A stretch of 64,000 bases of DNA. Source: Eledone cirrhosa (lineage: Eukaryota). Positions 55,001 through 64,000 of this stretch are shown in pieces (the stretch's first letter is position 1; every line of letters starts with the position of its first letter). The position numbers were made by a program, and so were the translations under genes. The DNA is taken from the NCBI GenBank assembly GCA_964016885.1, contig OZ024741.1, forward strand, positions 83,824,001 through 83,888,000. Reading direction: 5' to 3'. The notes beneath the pieces are model-generated. The model ran no database searches and was not told where the DNA came from. It worked only from the letters and a program-made list of their open reading frames with translations.

Positions 55001-57007
55001 TCGATTGATTGGATAGATTATAAAAAAGCATTCGATAGTTTGCCACACAGTTGGATTGAAAAATGTTTAGAGATTTTCAAAATATCCCCCGTTGTCAGGA
55101 GGTTTTTGTCATTCAGTATGAAGACATGGAAAACGACACTCCTTTTGAATAGTGAAACAAAATCACTGGAAGCTGGAGAAGTTAATATTAATTGTAGAAT
55201 TTTTCAGGGTGACTCTTTATCACCGCTTTTATTCTGCATCGCACTTATACCATTAAGTAAAATGCTCAATGAAACAAAACATGGATATAAAGTCTATGAC
55301 AAAACCATTAATCACCTGTTCTACATGGATGACCTGAAACTATTTGCAAAAAATGATGAACAATTTCAAGGGCTATTATCCACTGTGGAGAGGTTCAGTG
55401 ATGACATTAAAATGGAGTTTGGAGTAGATAAATGCGCCAAAGCAACGTTCAGCAGAGGAAAGCTGCTGAAGAGTTCAGACATTAATCTTGATCGGGGGAA
55501 CGTGATAAGAGAACTTGATCAAGAAAAAACTTACAAATATCTAGGTGTTTGTGAAGGAGACGGAATCAAGCACTCGACAATGAGGGAAAGGATAAGGAAG
55601 GAATGTTACCGCAGAGTAAGAGCAATCTTAAGAACGGAATTGAATGCATGGAATAGGATCGATGCCATAAACACGCTTGCCATAACAGTAGTAACCTACA
55701 GTTACAATGTCATCAACTGGTCAAGCACAGAGATCCGTAGGCTCGATACAAAAATTCGAAAATTCTTAACCATGCACAGAATGCATCACCCTAAGGCAGA
55801 TATACAGAATATATGTCCCTAGGAAAGAAGGAGGACGTGGGTTGATCCAGTTAGACATTGCGTTGAAAACTGCAACAAATATCTACATATCTAAGGGAAT
55901 CACATGATTGGATGATCAAACTCGTTTTGAAACACGAAAGCATCAAAAGATCATATTCCATTACAAAAGATTCACAAAGTTACAGTAATGGACTACAAAT
56001 TTCAGGAGTCCCATTTACTGCTGAAATGGAAAACACAGAAAAAGCAAAGCAGGTAAAAGTAACTGCAAAGAATGAACTGCTACAGAAACTGGCTAAGAAA
56101 TGGCAAGAAAAGCCTCTGTATGGAAAATACCCAGAGCGAGCTAACAATCCTGATGTTGACACAACTTTAACTCTCAGTGGTTGGCATCCTCTGGACTGAA
56201 ATCGGAGACTGAAGGACTGATTATATCAGCACAAGATCAGTGTCTGCTAACAAAAAATTACCAAGCCAACATAATAAAAAATGGGTGCAGTCCATTATGC
56301 CGTGTATGCAAAGAACAACCAGAGACCATTGACCATATAATTTCAATGTGCAGTCCTATAGTTCCAACCGAATACCTAAACAGGCATGACAGAGCTGCAC
56401 AATACATACATTGGATAATGTGTAAGCATTTTGACCTGCCCCATCAAAAGAATTGGTGGGAGCATCAACCACCTCCCATACTTGAAAAAGATCACATCTC
56501 AATCTTGTGGAACTTTAGCAACCAAACAGACCGAAAAATAGATGCAAATAGACCTGATATAATATTGAAGGACTTTCAAAAGAGGGTATGTCTGCTAATT
56601 GATATGTCTGTTCCAATAGACAAGAATGTATCTATAAAAACATTTGAAAAATTGAGCAAGTATAAGGGACCTGGAGATAGAAATTGGAAAAATGTGGAAA
56701 TTGAGAACTAAAACAATACCAGTGGTTGTAGGCGCTCTGGGAATGATACCTAAGGGGTCTAATGATTACATATCGCAAATCCCAGGAAACCTGCGTATAG
56801 GAGAAATACAAAAGATAGTACTAATGGGAACTGCCCATATACTAAGGAAGATTCTGTCAATATAATTACATCACAAGTCTAAACACTAAAGATGCATGTG
56901 TGAATATGTATGTTCTTTATTGAACATGGCGGACCTTGTTGTCTCTTGAGGTCACTGGTTGTGACTTGGTGATAACTCGTATGAACATAAAGCAAGATAA
57001 ATGCAAC
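52062..57007 (+). mobile_element. R4/Dong-clade non-LTR retrotransposon, copy 1 (single ORF about 53223-56865, disrupted)
   Basis: YRPITCL, IDYKKAFD, IFQGDSLSPLLF, YMDDLK, CRVC..ETIDHI..C, RHD, NRPDI..ID..K..KY (RLE domain); (TAA)n on both sides. Confidence 0.9.
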
Positions 57008-57061
<54 letters not shown>

Positions 57062-57063
<2 letters not shown>

Positions 57064-60000
57064 GGGAAGAAGACGCACGTGGTCATGAAATCTCTCCCGT
57101 AAGTTATTGATTTTTAACATATTTAAATTAATTGTGAAATAACAATTCTTAGTACAAACGATACATAAAGCACCAGACTCAAGTCTCAGAAAATTCTGAT
57201 CCATAATATCCTGTTATATCGCTCAAATATTTAATTTTGTATTATACATTTTATATTCAAAAAAGAAAATGATTATAAATGGAAGAAAACCCCCTCTGTC
57301 TCCACTATATAGAACAGCCAAATAACAGCAATTTCACCAACACCACAAACTAGATACACCACCTATCCCATCACCCCTCTGTGTACACTAAATACAACAG
57401 CCAGATAACGGCAATTTCAGCACCACCACCACCAATCCCAGCATAATAATAATAATTACTGTTATTATTGTCTCAAGTTTTCACAAAATGTTTATTTCCA
57501 ATATTAAGGAAAATATGTCAACACATATATTAAACATACGCGACAAACGCATAGATACACAGATCAAACAAAACTAGTCTATTCAACAAAACTCAGTAAC
57601 GACAACGCCATCACTTTAGACACCGCCGCCACCACTCCATCCATCATTGCTACCACTATCCCATCACCGCCACCACCATTCCTTCATTGCTACCACCACT
57701 ATTCCCCCATTACCTTCTGTCAACTTAAGAAAGGGGAAGGTGGCGGTATCACTAGAAAAGGGAGAGGCTAGCAAAAGATATAAATAGATTGATTAGTGAC
57801 CCGGCCACCGGCCAAACTTCTACGTCTATGGCACTGCTGGCTCCCACCTTCCCCACCAACAATAGAAAAAGCCCCAGCACCACCACCGACATAGCCAACA
57901 ACAATAACAGGCAACTTCAGCAAAATGTATATTATATTATTAATAATTTCATTCTTAAGCCGCGCAATGCTCACATTAAGGAACCACTCATGAAAATAAC
58001 AATTTAAAAAAAGAAAAAAAAAAGAAAACCCCGTGACCAAGAAATACCGGGATGGCGGCCGGCGGGGAATAGCCGTGTCTCTAGGGGAGGACGACCTCTC
58101 TAGTCGTGGATGACACTCGTCCTAGAAGTGGTAACAAGAAATGATTACCCCTTGGCGGATAAGGATAAAACGCCTCAAAATAAAGTAAATGTCTAATGAT
58201 AAAATATCATACCGGATCCGCCGTCACCCGGGTCAAAAAGGGCCGCGTCCCTCAGAGAGGAACCAGACTGGGGTCGAAAAATCAGCTAATGGTTCAAACC
58301 TTCCCATCACTTCGGAGCTGGAGACTTCCCATAACCGGAATAATCCTACTGTTGGCCTTCCATGCTCACCACCAAGAAATCCAAAGAAAAAGAGAGAAAA
58401 ATGGTCAAGGGAAGATAATAAAGAAGTCCTTGAGGCTTTCTACACTGCCATATACTACCCATCAAATACATCGAATACAGAACAGACATATATCAACTGG
58501 AAAAAGAAACATCCCGAAAACAGAGGCTATATTGACAGTAACAAACTAGCCAATATACGAAGAAATATTGTAAAAAAAAAGTTACTAACTGATATAGAAA
58601 TTGATCAGATCAAGCTATTAGCACAAAGTCAGCGAAGGGAAAATGAAACATGCGTCAGTGAAAACGAGGTAAATTGTAACACTTCGAATCCCAGGGTTGG
58701 GGCGGAATCACTGACAACAGAACAAATTAAAGAAAGGATCGAAAAAGTGGAGGGAGTGCATGCTCAATAAAACTCAAAATGAAAACAATGAGATCGTAAA
58801 TAATAAAGAAATGAATGAGAATGAACTTGCCAACTTGAAGGATGAAATTATGATCGAATGGATGAAAATGAAAGAATCTGACATGGAGGAACGAGACACC
58901 CTCCCTAAGATTCACAACTCCAAACAGAACCAAAAGATAATACACAAGACTAACATAATTCTCAAAAACATTATCATCACAAACAAACTAAACATCACTG
59001 ATTTAAATCATCTCTATTATGCATCGGCTAAAGTCACCACTCAATTATGTGGAGTGAAGATGAAAAAACAAAGGAATTCCCACAAGTAATCTACTTGGCA
59101 AGAGAACATCAATCGCCAAATAAACCTTCTCCGATCTGACATAGAAATTTTAACAAACTATGAAGTAGGTGAACATGTTAAACAAACTAAACTTAGAAAA
59201 TTGAAAAGAAAGTACAGTATAAAATCAACAAGTGACATAGACATGCTGATAGAAATAATCAAGCAAAAAGTGTCGGCCAAAGCTGCTCGTATAAGGTGCT
59301 TGGAAAAATGATCTAGATTCTATAAGGACGATAATATGTTCAAAAACAACCAAAGAAACATCTACAGAAAAATTGGTAAGTCAACAATAACTGCTAAATC
59401 AATACCACCCATGGAGGAAGTGCAAGAATTCTGGGAAAAGTTCTGGGCCGAATAAAAAGTTGATAATATACATGCCCCATGGATATACAGACAAATGAAA
59501 GATACAGCTCACCTTGAGGAACAAATATGGGAAAATATAACAGTTGAACAGTTGCGTTTGGCTCTAAGAAAAACCAGCAAATGGAAATCCCCAGGAAAAG
59601 ACAACATACAAATGTTTTGGATAAATGCCTTCACAGAGTCTCATGAGCTGTTAGCCCAACTTTACAATGAAATAGTTAAGGAGCCAGAAAAGATACCATC
59701 ATGGCTAGTTAACGGCATTACATTCCTGCTTCCGAAGAATGATGAGACAAACAATCCCAAAAATTACAGACCGATAACTTGCTTGACCACAATGTATAAA
59801 ATGTTAACATCAGTCCTAACTGAATACACATATGACCACCTGATAACAAATGACCTATTTCCCATTCAGCAGAAAGGGTGTAAACGAGGCTCATATGGCT
59901 GTAAGGATCAGCTTCTGGTTAACAATATGATACTGGAGGATTGTCATAATAGACACAAAAATCTATCAATTGCTTGGATAGAGTATAAAAAAGCATTCGA

Positions 60001-61981
60001 TAGTTTGCCACACAGTTGGATTGAAAAATGTTTAGAGATTTTCAAAATATCTCCCGTTGTCAGGAGGTTTTTGTCATTCATTATGAAGACATGGAAAACG
60101 ACACTCCTTTTGAATAGTGAAAAAAGAATCACTAGAAGCTGGAGAAGTTAATATTAATTGTAGAATTTTTCAGGGTGATTCTTTATCACCGCTTTTATTC
60201 TGCATCGCGCTTATACCATTAAGTAAAATGCTCAATGAAACAAAACATGGATATACAGTCTATGACAAAACCATTAATCACTTGTTCTACATGGATGACC
60301 TGAAACTATTTTCAAAAAATGATGAACAATTGCAAGGTCTATTATCCACTGTGGAGCAGTTCAGAGTGATGACATTAAAATGGAGATTGGACTAGATAAA
60401 ATCCCCAAAGCAACGTTCACCAGAGGAAAGCTGCTGAAAAGTTCAGATATTAATCTTGATCGAGCGAATGTGATAAGAGAACTTGATCAAGAGGAAACTT
60501 ACAAATATCTAGGATTTTGTGAAGGAGACGGAATCAAGAACTCGACAATGAGGGAAAGGATAAGGAAGGAATGTTACCGCAGAGTAAGAGCAATCTTAAG
60601 AACGGAATTGAATGCAAGGAATAGGATCGATGCCATGAACACGCTTGCCATACCAGTAGTAACCTACAGTTACAATGTCATCAACTGGTCAAGCACAGAG
60701 ATCCGTAGGCTCGATAGAAGTTAGACAATTCTTAACCATGCACAGAATGCATCACCCTAAGGCAGATACAGATATAATATATCTCCCTAGGAAAGAAGGG
60801 GGACGTGGGTTAAACCAGTTAGATATTGCGTTGAAAACTGCAACAATTGGATTATCTACATATCTAAGGGAATCACATAATTGGATGATCAAACTCGTTT
60901 TGAAGCACGAAAGCATCAAAAGATCATATTCCATTACAAAAGATTCACAAACATACAGTAATGGACTACAAATTTCAGGAGTCCCATTTACTGCTGAAAT
61001 GGAAAACACAGAAAAAGCAAAGCAGGTAAAAGTAACTGCAAAGAAAGAACTGCTACAGAAACTGGCAAAGAAATGGCAAGAAAAGCCTCTGTATGGAAAA
61101 TACCCAGAGCGAGCTAACAATCCTGATGTTGACAAAACTTTAACCCTCAGTGGTTGGCATCCTCTGGACTGAAATCGGAGACTGAAGGACTGATTATATC
61201 AGCACAAGATCAGTGTCTGCCAACAAAAAATTACCAAGCCAACATAATCAAATATGGATGCAGCCCATTATGCCGTGTATGTAAAAAACAACCAGAGACC
61301 ATTGACCATATAATTTCAATGTGCAGTCCTATAGCTCCAACCGAATACCTAAACAGGCATGACAGAGCTGCACAATACATACATTGGATAATGTGTAAGC
61401 ATTTTGACCTGCCCCACCAAAAGAATTGGTGGGAGCATCAACCACCTCCCATACTTGAAAAAGATCACATCTCAATCTTGTGGAACTTTAGCATCCAAAG
61501 AGACAGAAAAATAGATGCAAATAGACCTGATATAATATTGAAGGCTTTAAAAAGAGGGTATGCCTGCTGATTGATATGTCCGTTCCAATACACAAGAATG
61601 TATCTATGAAAACATTTGAAAAATTGAGCAAGTATAAGGACCTGGAGAGAGAAATTGGAAAAATGTGGAAATTGAGAACTAAAACAATACCAGTGGTTGT
61701 AGGCGCTCTAGGAATGATACCTAATGGGTCTAATGATTACTTATCGCAAATCCCAGGAAACCCGCATATAGGAGAAATACAAAAGATAGTACTAATGGGA
61801 ACTGTCCATATACTAAGGAAGATTCTGTCAATATAAGTACATCACAAGTCTAAACACCTAAAGATGCATGTGTGAGTATGTATGTTCTTTCTTGAACATG
61901 GCTGACCTTGTTGTCTCTTGAGGTCAGTGGTTGTGACTTGGTGATAACTCGTATGAACATAAAGCAAGATAAATGCAGCTG
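57062..61981 (+). mobile_element. R4/Dong-clade element, copy 2 (ORF about 58189-61836, disrupted)
   Basis: Highly similar to copy 1; head-to-tail, separated by (TAA)n. Confidence 0.9.
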
Positions 61982-61995
61982 TAATAATAATAATC

Positions 61996-62168
61996 GTTTC
62001 TACTTTAGGCACAAGGCCACCAAATACCCAGTGCATTACTGGTACTTTATTTTATCGATCCCGTAAGGATGAAAGGCAAAGTTAACCTCAGCGGGATTTG
62101 AACTCAAACCGTAAAGGGACGTAACTATGCTAGAAAGCATGGCGTCCAACCCTCTACAGATACTGCCA
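61996..62168 (-). mobile_element. Meta-like tRNA SINE in (TAA)n
   Basis: A box TGGCAGTATC, B box GAGTTCAAATCC, same body as the other copies. Confidence 0.85.
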
Positions 62169-62199
62169 TGTAATAATAATAATAAGAAGAAGAAGAAGA

Positions 62200-63126
62200 A
62201 GGAAGAAGTAGACGCACGTATGGAAAAGCCTCTGTATGGAAAATACCCAGAACGAGCTAACAATCCTGATGTTGACAAAACTTTAACCCATCAGCGGTTG
62301 GCATCCTCTGGACTGAAATCGGAGACTGAAGGACTGATTATATCAGCACAAGATCAGTGTCAGCCAACAAAAAATTACCAACCCAACATAATAAAAAATG
62401 GATGTAGCCCATTATGCCGTGTATGTAAAAAACAACCAGAGACCATTGACCATATAATTTCAATGTGCAGTCCTATAGCTCCAACCGAATACCTAAACAG
62501 GCATGACAGCGCTGCACAATACATACATTGGATAATGTGTAAGCATTTTGACCTGCCCCACCAAAAGAATTTGTGGGAGCATCAACCAACTCCCATACTT
62601 GAAAAAGATGACATCTCAATCTTGTGGAACTTTAGCATCCAAACTGACAGAAAAATAGATGCAAATAGACCTGATATAATACTGAAGTACTTTAAAAAGA
62701 GGGTATGCCTGCTAATAAATATGTCCGTTCCAATAGACAAGAATGTATCTATGAAAACATTTGAAAAATTGAGCAAGTATAAGGACCTGGAGAGAGAAAT
62801 TGGAAAAATGTGGAAATTGAGAACTAAAACAATACCAGTGGTTGTAGGCTCTCTAGGAATGATACCTAAGGGATCTAATGATTACTTATCGCAAATCCCA
62901 GGAAACCCGCGTATAGGAGAAATACAAAAGATAGTACTTATGGGAACTGGCCATATACTAAGGAAGATTCTGTCAATATAAGTACATCACAAGTCAAAAC
63001 ACCTAAAGATGCATGTGTGAATATGTATGTTCTTTGTTGAACATGGCGGACCTTGTTGTCTCTTTAGGTCACCGGTTGTGACTTGGTGATAACTCGTATG
63101 AACATAAAGCAATATAAATGCAGCTG
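62200..63126 (+). mobile_element. R4/Dong copy 3: 5' tip joined to the RLE domain and 3' UTR
   Basis: Begins ggaagaag.agacgcacgt (as at 57065), then EKPLYGKY..RHD..NRPDI..LRKILSI in one open frame. Confidence 0.85.
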
Positions 63127-63154
63127 TAATAATAATAATAATAATAATAATAAT

Positions 63155-64000
63155 GGATGGATAAGCGAGTTGGAACTGTATGGAGTGTGCAGAGAGATTA
63201 GGTTAGAAATGGAGAGTCGAGTATGCCAGGCAAAGGAGCCAGTGGGAAATGAAGGTAAAGAGGTTGAGAGAACGGAGGAAGCATCCGAAGCAGACAATGA
63301 TCTGAATGCTTAAATAAATAACATCTGGAACAAAGATACGGCCATTGAGGAAATGAATGCTGACGGGCTAGGACAAGATTTGGTTGATATCCTAAACTTA
63401 GTGCTAGATGAAATGAACAATGATAGCGTGAAACCTATGAACCTAAGATTTGTAGACAGGAAAAAGTGAAAAGAAACAACAGCTAAGGTAAACAAAGTCA
63501 TCCCATACCTTGAGGCGAGTAACCTTCACCAATGCAACAATATCCTCAAAGCAACAGCAAATGCGGTGAAGAAATTATTTGGCATAAAAACGAGAGGAAA
63601 CAACAAACAAGAAAGATCAGGACCTTGGTGGAAGAAACGACTGAATGGTCAAATCAAGGAATTGAGAAATGACATTAGGATGCTTGAGTGCCTACTGAAA
63701 GCGACACTAAAAAATATAGACACTAAAATTAGACTGGAAATAAAGTACAAAACTAGGAAGAAAATGCTAAATATCATCTTAGAGTAACTGAAGCAACGCA
63801 TTGTAGCAAAGAGTGCAAAGATTAGGCGGTATGAGAGCAGAGTCAGTCAGTATAGACAGAACCGCATGTTTGACAACAACCAGAAGATGATGTTTGGACA
63901 GCTTGAAGGGAAAGAAAGAGGCAACGACTTGATCCCTGAGGCGGAACAGACTAAGACATTCTGGAGAATAATATGGGAGCAAGATGTTGAACATAATGAT
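63155..64000 (+). mobile_element. N-terminal part of a different R4/Dong-like family, running off the window
   Basis: PWWKKRLNGQIKELRNDI..LKQRIVAKSAKIRRYE..QNRMF..FW..IWE parallels WQENINRQI..KQKVSAKAARIRRFE in copy 1; follows (TAA)n. Confidence 0.75.

Overview
AT-rich, microsatellite-dense eukaryotic (animal) DNA. The SINE types and repeat landscape suggest an octopod cephalopod (inference). I can support no host protein-coding gene. The window is a patchwork of retroelements: Penelope-like elements (one Neptune-type, two near-complete Hydra-type RT-GIY-YIG copies, one remnant), Tx1/L1-clade LINEs, a tandem array of R4/Dong (RT-RLE) elements in (TAA)n, tRNA-derived SINEs, and mariner and RTE fragments. 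The main hidden signal is about 20 minimal type I hammerhead ribozyme (HHR) motifs, read by eye. Many lie in short non-coding units (about 310, 421, 466 and 593 bp) arranged as tandem and/or inverted copies between (TA)n tracts, i.e. retrozyme-like elements. Two diverged families share an ATGCAAAT octamer upstream of a covarying HHR. One family has a compensatory U3:A8 core. Several fold-back inversions start at, or are centred on, HHR stem II. All folds were derived manually and need computational and biochemical confirmation.
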